Shown here one piece after another: positions 11,112-24,553 of a stretch of DNA of 64,000 bases. The stretch is taken from positions 57,350,001 to 57,414,000 of the forward strand of contig OZ024741.1 of NCBI GenBank assembly GCA_964016885.1, in the 5' to 3' direction. Under the pieces are notes generated by a model that did no database searches, was not told the origin of the DNA, and worked only from the letters and a program-made list of their open reading frames with translations. How positions within the stretch are numbered: position 1 is the stretch's first letter; each line of letters begins with the position of its first letter. A program made the position numbers and the translations under genes. This stretch comes from Eledone cirrhosa (taxonomy: Eukaryota).

Positions 11112-11993
11112 ATGGATGATTCCAGCATAGAAATCGTTAGGAGAAACGACTCTTTGGAAACTAGTACTTGTAAAATTCTAAAGTCAATTCTTAAACAAAA
11201 TAATCGCAACTGGAATGTCAGCAAAAATAAGAATGATTCATTTTGTAATTTCAGTAAATTAGTGGTCGACTCTGTGCAGACAGATGGCAGCAGCCATTTT
11301 CTTCTTCAAAGTCATGTACCTTACTCAGATTTTTCAAAAGAAAATGTTAGTGGTTCTTATTTCTATATGAACAGCACTCCCGTGGAAGACAGGAAAAGTG
11401 TACGTATAAAAAATATATCTTTGACTCCAATAGGTTTGAAAGTTTGCAATCAAGGCAAAAATAGTCGAAATTCCAGAAATGTATCGAAGACACGAAACAA
11501 AGACAATGAACGTCCATCGTCTTGTAAAAATGAAATATCTACAAAAGAAATGTCATTGATACCAAAGAAATATAACAAGAGACGTCGAAAACAAAAAATC
11601 GAAGAGGAGGACCACATTACAGATACGTGTAATAATGACGCATCTGAAGAATCTCCTTCCAAAGTCACACAACAGAAAAATATCAGCAGAGGACAATCTA
11701 TCTATAAATATAAATTAAAGTCTTCGATAAACAAATGTAATTCGACTGAATTCAAATCTGTTAAATTCAATGAAACAGTAATTTCTTACTCGGATTTATC
11801 ATCCGAACGAACCCTTGACAGTTTTGGTAGAAATTCCAGTGACCTAGAAACAAACTCTGAGGTGGGCAACTGCAATGGTGCTTCTAGTCAAAAGAGCAAA
11901 GGTAGACATTACGACGATTTAATTGAATATTTCACAAATGCCAAGGCAAATAAGAAGACGTGGAAGGAATTTGCACATTTCTTTCCATCTTAA
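11112..11993 (+). CDS. Uncharacterised 293-aa Ser/Lys/Asn-rich, probably disordered protein (or a large exon) with SILK and RVxF-type motifs and a basic NLS-like stretch
   Basis: 882-bp stop-free ORF in AT-rich DNA with protein-like composition and good Kozak context (ATCATGG). Motifs KSILK, KSVKF, KKYNKRRRKQK, STP and LTP. No recognisable family. Confidence 0.6.
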   Translation: MDDSSIEIVRRNDSLETSTCKILKSILKQNNRNWNVSKNKNDSFCNFSKLVVDSVQTDGSSHFLLQSHVPYSDFSKENVSGSYFYMNSTPVEDRKSVRIKNISLTPIGLKVCNQGKNSRNSRNVSKTRNKDNERPSSCKNEISTKEMSLIPKKYNKRRRKQKIEEEDHITDTCNNDASEESPSKVTQQKNISRGQSIYKYKLKSSINKCNSTEFKSVKFNETVISYSDLSSERTLDSFGRNSSDLETNSEVGNCNGASSQKSKGRHYDDLIEYFTNAKANKKTWKEFAHFFPS

Positions 11994-12522
11994 AGAAATT
12001 TGTATCAAATACCAGCTTGTTTGGTTGTTAAAGTGCTTAGTAATTGTTTAAAGACTAAATCCACCACCATTACTATAGTATATATTAATATAGTCTTTAT
12101 TATGGCTAAGTGGTGAGTCTTGATTACTCATATTATTTTCCCCAAAATTTTGTTAAATACATTTTTTGTTGGTTCTTATTTAGCCCCTAGGTCAGCCCTG
12201 GTGGAATAGTAGGCATATGATTAATAGTTTTCCAACCGTGATCATCCCGTTTTTCTTTCTATTAAAAAAACAAACAAACCGTAGTGTATGTGCATTTTTA
12301 TGGAAATTTGGCTACTATATCTATTATGACGCTGGACAGTATACAGACTGGTTATTTTGTTGTTGACTTATATGTATTTCGAATAAGAAATACGAAATTC
12401 TAGAGAGATAGCAGAACGACATAGGGCTGGGGGTAGGTTCGAGTCCCGTTGAAGGAGGTCAATAAAATAAATACAAAACGTACTGGAATATAATTAATAG
12501 CCGTTGGAAAATGTCCAATAAT

Positions 12523-12640
12523 ATAATTGTTTCTACTTTTCTCACAAGGCCAGCAAATACCCAGTACATTACTGGTACTTTATTTATCGACCCCGTAAGG
12601 ATGAACGGCAAAGTTAACCTCGGCGGGATTTGAACTCAGA
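12523..12640 (-). mobile_element. Partial tRNA-derived SINE
   Basis: Reverse complement of CTGAGTTCAAATCCCGCCGAGGTTAACTTTGCC...GGGGTCGATAAATAAAGTACCAGT, the family also seen at 26026 and 63160. Confidence 0.75.
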
Positions 12641-12807
12641 CCATTTAGTATCCCACCTTGCTTTCTTAATTCATAATTTTTTTATGAAATTTTGTAGAAA
12701 TACGTTTTCTGAGATGTAGATTACGATTATGTTGATGAAATGAAAAAAAAATTTATATTTGTAGAAATTGATATTACGTTCCCGAAAAAAAAATCTGCTA
12801 TTATGCT

Positions 12808-12995
12808 GATTGGCAGAATCGGTAGAGCGTCGGACACCATGCTTCGCGGCATAGTTATGTCCCTTTATGTTCTGAGTTCAAATCCCGCCCAACGTTAGCT
12901 TTACCTCTCATTTTTACAGAGTCCATAAACTAAAACACCAGTAACCCACAGGTCTATTTGATAGACTTTCCTCTCCCCCAAAATTGCTGGCCATC
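12808..12995 (+). mobile_element. tRNA-derived SINE
   Basis: TGGCAGAATCGGTAGAGCGTCGGAC A-box region and TTCTGAGTTCAAATCCCGCC B-box. Confidence 0.75.
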
Positions 12996-13402
12996 ATCAA
13001 TATGAAATTGGGAGGCATGATGAACAAATTTCTGCGTTTACGTTTATTTTTTATTTTTCACAATAGATAGTTATAAAAATATGTGTATCTAATTTAGAAT
13101 GAATACACAATATCCCTGTGTATCACAAGAGGTGATTAAAAGGGTTTGGTACCAGAAAAGACATCTATCTGTAAAACACTGCCCCCAAAAGACACTGTAA
13201 AACACTGCCCCCAAAAGACATCATGATAAGTATGAAGCATATAGGATCTGCAAGGCTAACCACTACTATAGCAAGGAAATAACCTTAAAATGATTGTATA
13301 TTTGTAGAAATGACATTATATTCCTATATAAAATATGCAGTAATACAGATGACCCAACTTCCCATGAGCACAAGCTGAAGCATATGTACAGTATGCCCCA
13401 CC

Positions 13403-16400
13403 CCCAGCCCACACTGTAAAGTGGACGTGTAAAAGACACGGCAAAAAGCACCCAGCCCACACTGTAAAGTGGACGTGTAAAAGACACGGCAAAAAGCACC
13501 CAGCCCACACTGTAAGTGGACGTGTAAAAGACACGGCAAAAAGCACCCGGCCCACACTGTAAAGTGGATGTGTAAAAGACACGGCAAAAAGCACCCAGCC
13601 CACACTGTAAAGTGGACGTGTAAAAGACACGGCAAAAAGCACCCAGCCCACACTGTAAAGTGGACGTGTAAAAGACACGGCAAAAAGCACCCAGCCCACA
13701 CTGTAAAGTGGACGTGTAAAAGACACGGCAAAAAGCACCCAGCCCACACTGTAAGTGGACGTGTAAAAGACATGGCAAAAAGCACCCAGCCCACACTGTA
13801 AAGTGGACGTGTAAAAGACACGGCAAAAAGCACCCAGCCCACACTGTAAAGTGGATGTGCAAAAAGCACCCAACCCACACTGTAAAGTGGACGTGTAAAA
13901 GACACGGCAAAAAGCACCCAGCCCACACTGTAAAGTGGACGTGTAAAAGACACGGCAAAAAGCACCCAGCCCACACTGTAAAGTGGATGTGCAAAAAGCA
14001 CCCAACCCACACTGTAAAGTGGACGTGTAAAAGACACGGCAGAAAGCACCCAGCCCACACTGTAAAGTGGACGTGTAAAAGACACGGCAAAAAGCACCCA
14101 GCCCACACTGTAAGTGGACGTGTAAAAGACATGGCAAAAAGCACCCAGCCCACACTGTAAAGTGGACGTGTAAAAGACACGGCAAAAAGCACCCAGCCCA
14201 CACTGTAAAGTGGATGTGCAAAAAGCACCCAACCCACACTGTAAAGTGGACGTGTAAAAGACACGGCAAAAAGCACCCAGCCCACACTGTAAAGTGGATG
14301 TGCAAAAAGCACCCAACCCACCTGTAAAGTGGACGTGTAAAAGACACGGCAAAAAGCACCCAGCCCACACTGTAAAGTGGACGTGTAAAAGACACGGCAA
14401 AAAGCACCCAGCCCACACTGTAAAGTGGACGTGTAAAAGACACGGCAAAAAGCACCCAGCCCACACTGTAAAGTGGACGTGTAAAAGACACGGCAAAAAG
14501 CACCCAGCCCACACTGTAAAGTGGATGTGCAAAAAGCACCCAACCCACCTGTAAAGTGGACGTGTAAAAGACACGGCAAAAAGCACCCAACCCACACTGT
14601 AAAGTGGACGTGTAAAAGACACGGCAAAAAGCACCCAGCCCACACTGTAAAGTGGACGTGTAAAAGACACGGAAAAAAGCACCCAGCCCACACTGTAAGT
14701 GGACGTGTAAAAGACATGGCAAAAAGCACCCAGCCCACACTGTAAAGTGGACGTGTAAAAGACACGGCAAAAAGCACCCAGCCCACACTGTAAAGTGGAT
14801 GTGCAAAAAGCACCCAACCCACCTGTAAAGTGGACGTGTAAAAGACACGGCAAAAAGCACCCAGCCCACACTGTAAAGTGGACGTGTAAAAGACATGGCA
14901 AAAAGCACCCAGCCCACACTGTAAAGTGGACGTGTAAAAGACATGGCAAAAAGCACCCAGCCCACACTGTAAAGTGGAAGTGCAAAAGACACGGCAAAAA
15001 GCACCCAGCCCACACTGTAAAGTGGACGTGTAAAAGACATGGCAAAAAGCACCCAGCCCACACTGTAAAGTGGACGTGTAAAAGACACGGCAAAAAGCAC
15101 CCAGCCCACACTGTAAAGTGGACGTGTAAAAGACACGGCAAAAAGCACCCAGCCCACACTGTAAAGTGGACGTGTAAAAGACACGGCAAAAAGCACCCTG
15201 CCCACACTGTAAAGTGGAAGTGCAAAAGACACGGCAAAAAGCACCCAGCCCACACTGTAAAGTGGACGTGTAAAAGACATGGCAAAAAGCACCCAGCCCA
15301 CACTGTAAAGTGGACGTGTAAAAGACACGGCAAAAAGCACCCAGCCCACACTGTAAAGTGGACGTGTAAAAGACACGGCAAAAAGCACCCAGCCCACACT
15401 GTAAAGTGGACGTGTAAAAGACATGGCAAAAAGCACCCAGCCCACACTGTAAAGTGGACGTGTAAAAGACATGGCAAAAAGCACCCAGCCCACACTGTAA
15501 AGTGGATGTGCAAAAAGCACCCAACCCACACTGTAAAGTGGACGTGTAAAAGACATGGCAAAAAGCACCCAGCCCACACTGTAAAGTGGATGTGCAAAAA
15601 GCACCCAACCCACCTGTAAAGTGGACGTGTAAAAGACACGGAAAAAAGCACCCAGCCCACACTGTAAGTGGACGTGTAAAAGACATGGCAAAAAGCACCC
15701 AGCCCACACTGTAAAGTGGACGTGTAAAAGACACGGCAAAAAGCACCCAGCCCACACTGTAAAGTGGATGTGCAAAAAGCACCCAACCCACACTGTAAAG
15801 TGGACGTGTAAAAGACACGGCAAAAAGCACCCAGCCCACACTGTAAAGTGGACGTGTAAAAGACACGGCAAAAAGCACCCAGCCCACACTGTAAGAAGAC
15901 GTGTAAAAGACATGGCAAAAAGCACCCAGCCCACACTGTAAAGTGGACGTGTAAAAGACACGGCAAAAAGCACCCAGCCCACACTGTAAAGTGGATGTGC
16001 AAAAAGCACCCAACCCACCTGTAAAGTGGACGTGTAAAAGACACGGAAAAAAGCACCCAGCCCACACTGTAAAGTGGACGTGTAAAAGACACGGCAAAAA
16101 GCACCCAGCCCACACTGTAAAGTGGATGTGCAAAAAGCACCCAACCCACACTGTAAAGTGGACGTGTAAAAGACACGGCAAAAAGCACCCAGCCCACACT
16201 GTAAAGTGGATGTGCAAAAAGCACCCAGCCCACCTGTAAAGTGGACGTGTAAAAGACACGGCAAAAAGCACCCGGCCCACACTGTAAAGTGGACGTGTAA
16301 AAGACACGGCAAAAAGCACCCAGCCCACACTGTAAGTGGACGTGTAAAAGACATGGCAAAAAGCACCCAGCCCACACTGTAAAGTGGACGTGTAAAAGAC

Positions 16401-19400
16401 ACGGCAAAAAGCACCCAGCCCACACTGTAAAGTGGATGTGCAAAAAGCACCCAACCCACACTGTAAAGTGGACGTGTAAAAGACACGGCAAAAAGCACCC
16501 AGCCCACACTGTAAAGTGGACGTGTAAAAGACACGGCAAAAAGCACCCAGCCCACACTGTAAAGTGGATGTGCAAAAAGCACCCAACCCACACTGTAAAG
16601 TGGACGTGTAAAAGACACGGCAAAAAGCACCCAGCCCACACTGTAAAGTGGACGTGTAAAAGACACGGCAAAAAGCACCCAGCCCACACTGTAAGTGGAC
16701 GTGTAAAAGACATGGCAAAAAGCACCCAGCCCACACTGTAAAGTGGACGTGTAAAAGACACGGCAAAAAGCACCCAGCCCACACTGTAAAGTGGATGTGC
16801 AAAAAGCACCCAACCCACCTGTAAAGTGGACGTGTAAAAGACACGGCAAAAAGCACCCAGCCCACACTGTAAAGTGGACGTGTAAAAGACACGGCAAAAA
16901 GCACCCAGCCCACACTGTAAAGTGGACGTGTAAAAGACACGGCAAAAAGCACCCAGCCCACACTGTAAAGTGGATGTGCAAAAAGCACCCAACCCACACT
17001 GTAAAGTGGACGTGTAAAGGACACGGCAAAAAGCACCCAGCCCACACTGTAAAGTGGATGTGCAAAAAGCACCCAACCCACACTGTAAAGTGGACGTGTA
17101 AAAGACACGGCAAAAAGCACCCAGCCCACACTGTAAAGTGGATGTGCAAAAAGCACCCAACCCACCTGTAAAGTGGACGTGTAAAAGACACGGCAAAAAG
17201 CACCCAGCCCACACTGTAAAGTGGACGTGTAAAAGACACGGCAAAAAGCACCCAGCCCACACTGTAAAGTGGACGTGTAAAAGACACGGCAAAAAGCACC
17301 CAGCCCACACTGTAAAGTGGATGTGCAAAAAGCACCCAACCCACCTGTAAAGTGGACGTGTAAAAGACACGGCAAAAAGCACCCAACCCACACTGTAAAG
17401 TGGACGTGTAAAAGACACGGCAAAAAGCACCCAGCCCACACTGTAAAGTGGACGTGTAAAAGACACGGCAAAAAGCACCCAGCCCACACTGTAAGTGGAC
17501 GTGTAAAAGACATGGCAAAAAGCACCCAGCCCACACTGTAAAGTGGACGTGTAAAAGACACGGCAAAAAGCACCCAGCCCACACTGTAAAGTGGATGTGC
17601 AAAAAGCACCCAACCCACACTGTAAAGTGGACGTGTAAAAGACACGGCAAAAAGCACCCAGCCCACACTGTAAAGTGGACGTGTAAAAGACACGGCAAAA
17701 AGCACCCAGCCCACACTGTAAAGTGGATGTGCAAAAAGCACCCAACCCACACTGTAAAGTGGACGTGTAAAAGACACGGCAAAAAGCACCCAGCCCACAC
17801 TGTAAAGTGGACGTGTAAAAGACACGGCAAAAAGCACCCAGCCCACACTGTAAAGTGGATGTGCAAAAAGCACCCAACCCACCTGTAAAGTGGACGTGTA
17901 AAAGACACGGCAAAAAGCACCCAGCCAATACTGTAAAGTGGACGTGTAAAAGACATGGCAAAAAGCACCCAGCCCACACTGTAAAGTGGACGTGTAAAAG
18001 ACACGGCAAAAAGCACCCAGCCCACACTGTAAGTGGACGTGTAAAAGACATGGCAAAAAGCACCCAGCCCACACTGTAAAGTGGACGTGTAAAGACACGG
18101 CAAAAAGCACCCAGCCCACACTGTAAAGTGGATGTGCAAAAAGCACCCAACCCACCTGTAAAGTGGACGTGTAAAAGACACGGCAAAAAGCACCTAGCCA
18201 ATACTGTAAAGTGGACGTGTAAAAGACATGGCAAAAGCACCCAGCCCACACTGTAAAGTGGACGTGTAAAAGACATGGCAAAAAGCACCCAGCCCACACT
18301 GTAAAGTGGATGTGCAAAAGACACGGCAAAAAGCACCCAGCCCACACTGTAAAGTGGACGTGTAAAAGACATGGCAAAAAGCACCCAGCCCACACTGTAA
18401 AGTGGACGTGTAAAAGACACGGCAAAAAGCACCCAGCCCACACTGTAAAGTGGACGTGTAAAAGACACGGCAAAAAGCACCCAGCCCATACTGTAAAGTG
18501 GACGTGTAAAAGACACGGCAAAAAGCACCCAGCCCACACTGTAAAGTGGATGTGTAAAAAGCACCCAACCCACACTGTAAAGTGGACGTGTAAAAGACAC
18601 GGCAAAAAGCACCCAGCCCACACTGTAAAGTGGACGTGTAAAAGACACGGCAAAAAGCAACCAGCCCACACTGTAAAGTGGATGTGCAAAAAGCACCCAA
18701 CCCACACTGTAAAGTGGACGTGTAAAAGACACGGCAAAAAGCACCCAACCCACACTGTAAAGTGGACGTGTAAAAGACACGGCAAAAAGCACCCAGCCCA
18801 CACTGTAAAGTGGATGTGCAAAAAGCACCCAACCCACTTGTAAAGTGGACGTGTAAAAGACACGGCAAAAAGCACCCAGCCCACACTGTAAAGTGGACGT
18901 GTAAAAGACACGGCAAAAAGCACCCAGCCCACACTGTAAAGTGGACGTGTAAAAGACACGGCCAAAAGCACCCAGCCCACACTGTAAAGTGGATGTGCAA
19001 AAAGCACCCAACCCACCTGTAAAGTGGACGTGTAAAAGACACGGCAAAAAGCAACCAGCCCACACTGTAAAGTGGATGTGCAAAAAGCACCCAACCCACA
19101 CTGTAAAGTGGACGTGTAAAAGACACGGCAAAAAAAACCCAACCCACACTGTAAAGTGGACGTGTAAAAGACACGGCAAAAATCACCCAGCCTACACTGT
19201 AAAGTGGATGTGCAAAAAGCACCCAACCCACTTGTAAAGTGGACGTGTAAAAGACACGGCAAAAAGCACCCAGCCCACACTGTAAAGTGGACGTGTAAAA
19301 GACACGGCAAAAAGCACCCAGCCCACACTGTAAAGTGGACGTGTAAAAGACACGGCAAAAAGCACCCAGCCCACACTGTAAAGTGGATGTGCAAAAAGCA

Positions 19401-22400
19401 CCCAACCCACCTGTAAAGTGGACGTGTAAAAGACACGGCAAAAAGCACCCAACCCACACTGTAAAGTGGACGTGTAAAAGACACGGCAAAAAGCACCCAG
19501 CCCACACTGTAAAGTGGACGTGTAAAAGACATGGCAAAAAGCACCCAGCCCACACTGTAAGTGGACGTGTAAAAGACATGGCAAAAAGCACCCAGCCCAC
19601 ACTGTAAAGTGGACGTGTAAAAGACACGGCAAAAAGCACCCAGCCCACACTGTAAAGTGGATGTGCAAAAAGCACCCAACCCACACTGTAAAGTGGACGT
19701 GTAAAAGACACGGCAAAAAGCACCCAGCCCACACTGTACAGTGGACGTGTAAAAGACACGGCAAAAAGCACCCAGCCCACACTGTAAAGTGGATGTGCAA
19801 AAAGCACCCAACCCACACTGTAAAGTGGACGTGTAAAAGACACGGCAAAAAGCACCCAGCCCACACTGTACAGTGGACGTGTAAAAGACACGGCAAAAAG
19901 CACCCAGCCCACACTGTAAAGTGGACGTGTAAAAGACACGGCAAAAAGCACCCAGCCCACACTAAGTGGACGTGTAAAAGACATGGCAAAAAGCACCCAG
20001 CCCACACTGTAAAGTGGACGTGTAAAAGACACGGCAAAAAGCACCCAGCCCACACTGTAAAGTGGATGTGCAAAAAGCACCCAACCCACCTGTAAAGTGG
20101 ACGTGTAAAAGACACGGCAAAAAGCACCCAGCCCACACTGTAAAGTGGACGTGTAAAAGACATGGCAAAAAGCACCCAGCCCACACTGTAAAGTGGACGT
20201 GTAAAAGACATGGCAAAAAGCACCCAGCCCACACTGTAAAGTGGACGTGCAAAAGACACGGCAAAAAGCACCCAGCCCACACTGTAAAGTGGACGTGTAA
20301 AAGACATGGCAAAAAGCACCCAGCCCACACTGTAAAGTGGACGTGTAAAAGACATGGCAAAAAGCACCCAGCCCACACTGTAAAGTGGATGTGCAAAAGA
20401 CACGGCAAAAAGCACCCAGCCCACACTGTAAAGTGGACGTGTAAAAGACATGGCAAAAAGCACCCAGCCCACACTGTAAAGTGGATGTGCAAAAGACACG
20501 GCAAAAAGCACCCAGCCCACACTGTAAAGTGGACGTGTAAAAGACACGGCAAAAAGCACCCAGCCCACACTGTAAAGTGGATGTGTAAAAGACACGGCAA
20601 AAAGCACCCAGCCCACACAGTAAAGTGGACGTGTAAAAGACACGGCAAAAAGCACCCAGCCCACACTGTAAAGTGGACGTGTAAAAGACACGGCAAAAAG
20701 CACCCAGCCCACACTGTAAAGTGGACGTGTAAAAGACACGGCAAAAAGCACCCAGCCCACACTGTAAAGTGGACGTGTAAAAGACACGGCAAAAAGCACC
20801 CAGCCCACACTGTAAAGTGGATGTGCAAAAAGCACCCAACCCACCTGTAAAGTGGACGTGTAAAAGACACGGCAAAAAGCACCCAACCCACACTGTAAAG
20901 TGGACGTGTAAAAGACACGGCAAAAAGCACCCAGCCCACACTGTAAAGTGGACGTGTAAAAGACACGGCAAAAAGCACCCAGCCCACACTGTAAGTGGAC
21001 GTGTAAAAGACATGGCAAAAAGCACCCAGCCCACACTGTAAAGTGGACGTGTAAAAGACACGGCAAAAAGCACCCAGCCCACACTGTAAAGTGGATGTGC
21101 AAAAAGCACCCAACCCACACTGTAAAGTGGACGTGTAAAAGACACGGCAAAAAGCACCCAGCCCACACTGTAAAGTGGACGTGTAAAAGACACGGCAAAA
21201 AGCACCCAGCCCACACTGTAAAGTGGATGTGCAAAAAGCACCCAACCCACACTGTAAAGTGGACGTGTAAAAGACACGGCAAAAAGCACCCAGCCCACAC
21301 TGTAAAGTGGACGTGTAAAAGACACGGCAAAAAGCACCCAGCCCACACTGTAAAGTGGATGTGCAAAAAGCACCCAACCCACCTGTAAAGTGGACGTGTA
21401 AAAGACACGGCAAAAAGCACCCAGCCAATACTGTAAAGTGGACGTGTAAAAGACATGGCAAAAAGCACCCAGCCCACACTGTAAAGTGGACGTGTAAAAG
21501 ACACGGCAAAAAGCACCCAGCCCACACTGTAAGTGGACGTGTAAAAGACATGGCAAAAAGCACCCAGCCCACACTGTAAAGTGGACGTGTAAAGACACGG
21601 CAAAAAGCACCCAGCCCACACTGTAAAGTGGATGTGCAAAAAGCACCCAACCCACCTGTAAAGTGGACGTGTAAAAGACACGGCAAAAAGCACCTAGCCA
21701 ATACTGTAAAGTGGACGTGTAAAAGACATGGCAAAAGCACCCAGCCCACACTGTAAAGTGGACGTGTAAAAGACATGGCAAAAAGCACCCAGCCCACACT
21801 GTAAAGTGGATGTGCAAAAGACACGGCAAAAAGCACCCAGCCCACACTGTAAAGTGGACGTGTAAAAGACATGGCAAAAAGCACCCAGCCCACACTGTAA
21901 AGTGGACGTGTAAAAGACACGGCAAAAAGCACCCAGCCCACACTGTAAAGTGGACGTGTAAAAGACACGGCAAAAAGCACCCAGCCCATACTGTAAAGTG
22001 GACGTGTAAAAGACACGGCAAAAAGCACCCAGCCCACACTGTAAAGTGGATGTGTAAAAAGCACCCAACCCACACTGTAAAGTGGACGTGTAAAAGACAC
22101 GGCAAAAAGCACCCAGCCCACACTGTAAAGTGGACGTGTAAAAGACACGGCAAAAAGCAACCAGCCCACACTGTAAAGTGGATGTGCAAAAAGCACCCAA
22201 CCCACACTGTAAAGTGGACGTGTAAAAGACACGGCAAAAAGCACCCAACCCACACTGTAAAGTGGACGTGTAAAAGACACGGCAAAAAGCACCCAGCCCA
22301 CACTGTAAAGTGGATGTGCAAAAAGCACCCAACCCACTTGTAAAGTGGACGTGTAAAAGACACGGCAAAAAGCACCCAGCCCACACTGTAAAGTGGACGT

Positions 22401-24553
22401 GTAAAAGACACGGCAAAAAGCACCCAGCCCACACTGTAAAGTGGACGTGTAAAAGACACGGCCAAAAGCACCCAGCCCACACTGTAAAGTGGATGTGCAA
22501 AAAGCACCCAACCCACCTGTAAAGTGGACGTGTAAAAGACACGGCAAAAAGCAACCAGCCCACACTGTAAAGTGGATGTGCAAAAAGCACCCAACCCACA
22601 CTGTAAAGTGGACGTGTAAAAGACACGGCAAAAAAAACCCAACCCACACTGTAAAGTGGACGTGTAAAAGACACGGCAAAAATCACCCAGCCTACACTGT
22701 AAAGTGGATGTGCAAAAAGCACCCAACCCACTTGTAAAGTGGACGTGTAAAAGACACGGCAAAAAGCACCCAGCCCACACTGTAAAGTGGACGTGTAAAA
22801 GACACGGCAAAAAGCACCCAGCCCACACTGTAAAGTGGACGTGTAAAAGACACGGCAAAAAGCACCCAGCCCACACTGTAAAGTGGATGTGCAAAAAGCA
22901 CCCAACCCACCTGTAAAGTGGACGTGTAAAAGACACGGCAAAAAGCACCCAACCCACACTGTAAAGTGGACGTGTAAAAGACACGGCAAAAAGCACCCAG
23001 CCCACACTGTAAAGTGGACGTGTAAAAGACATGGCAAAAAGCACCCAGCCCACACTGTAAGTGGACGTGTAAAAGACATGGCAAAAAGCACCCAGCCCAC
23101 ACTGTAAAGTGGACGTGTAAAAGACACGGCAAAAAGCACCCAGCCCACACTGTAAAGTGGATGTGCAAAAAGCACCCAACCCACACTGTAAAGTGGACGT
23201 GTAAAAGACACGGCAAAAAGCACCCAGCCCACACTGTACAGTGGACGTGTAAAAGACACGGCAAAAAGCACCCAGCCCACACTGTAAAGTGGATGTGCAA
23301 AAAGCACCCAACCCACACTGTAAAGTGGACGTGTAAAAGACACGGCAAAAAGCACCCAGCCCACACTGTACAGTGGACGTGTAAAAGACACGGCAAAAAG
23401 CACCCAGCCCACACTGTAAAGTGGACGTGTAAAAGACACGGCAAAAAGCACCCAGCCCACACTAAGTGGACGTGTAAAAGACATGGCAAAAAGCACCCAG
23501 CCCACACTGTAAAGTGGACGTGTAAAAGACACGGCAAAAAGCACCCAGCCCACACTGTAAAGTGGATGTGCAAAAAGCACCCAACCCACCTGTAAAGTGG
23601 ACGTGTAAAAGACACGGCAAAAAGCACCCAGCCCACACTGTAAAGTGGACGTGTAAAAGACATGGCAAAAAGCACCCAGCCCACACTGTAAAGTGGACGT
23701 GTAAAAGACATGGCAAAAAGCACCCAGCCCACACTGTAAAGTGGACGTGCAAAAGACACGGCAAAAAGCACCCAGCCCACACTGTAAAGTGGACGTGTAA
23801 AAGACATGGCAAAAAGCACCCAGCCCACACTGTAAAGTGGACGTGTAAAAGACATGGCAAAAAGCACCCAGCCCACACTGTAAAGTGGATGTGCAAAAGA
23901 CACGGCAAAAAGCACCCAGCCCACACTGTAAAGTGGACGTGTAAAAGACATGGCAAAAAGCACCCAGCCCACACTGTAAAGTGGATGTGCAAAAGACACG
24001 GCAAAAAGCACCCAGCCCACACTGTAAAGTGGACGTGTAAAAGACACGGCAAAAAGCACCCAGCCCACACTGTAAAGTGGATGTGTAAAAGACACGGCAA
24101 AAAGCACCCAGCCCACACAGTAAAGTGGACGTGTAAAAGACACGGCAAAAAGCACCCAGCCCACACTGTAAAGTGGACGTGTAAAAGACACGGCAAAAAG
24201 CACCCAGCCCACACTGTAAAGTGGACTTGTAAAAGACACGGCAAAAAGCACCCAGCCCACACTGTAAAGTGGACGTGTAAAAGACACGGCAAAAAGCACC
24301 CAGCCCACACTGTAAAGTGGACGTGTAAAAGACATGGCAAAAAGCACCCAGCCCACACTGTAAAGTGGACGTGTAAAAGACACGGCAAAAAGCACCCAGC
24401 CCACACTGTAAAGTGGACGTGTAAAAGACACGGCAAAAAGCAGCCAGCCCATACTGTAAAGTGGACGTGTAAAAGACACGGCAAAAAGCACCCAGCCCAT
24501 ACTGTAAAGTGGACGTGTAAAAGACACGGCAAAAAGCACCCAGCCCACACTGT
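13403..24553 (+). repeat. Tandem satellite of about 11.1 kb: 48-bp unit CAGCCCACACTGTAAAGTGGACGTGTAAAAGACACGGCAAAAAGCACC with an interspersed 36-bp deletion variant and 1-2-bp indel variants
   Basis: Read directly from the sequence. Units are highly homogeneous, roughly 240-250 of them (estimated from length). Embedded in a SINE-like element with 5' flank 13361-13402 and 3' flank 24554-24700 ending CCCATGCTAGCATGG..GATGACGATGAT. Confidence 0.97.

Noticed and set aside
11112-11993. Assigning the orphan ORF to Haspin, CENP-T or KNL1
   Set aside because: The resemblance is only compositional. No kinase, histone-fold or MELT repeat sequence was found in the window.
13403-24553. CRISPR-like array
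   Set aside because: There are no unique spacers and no cas genes, and the context is eukaryotic. It is a head-to-tail satellite.
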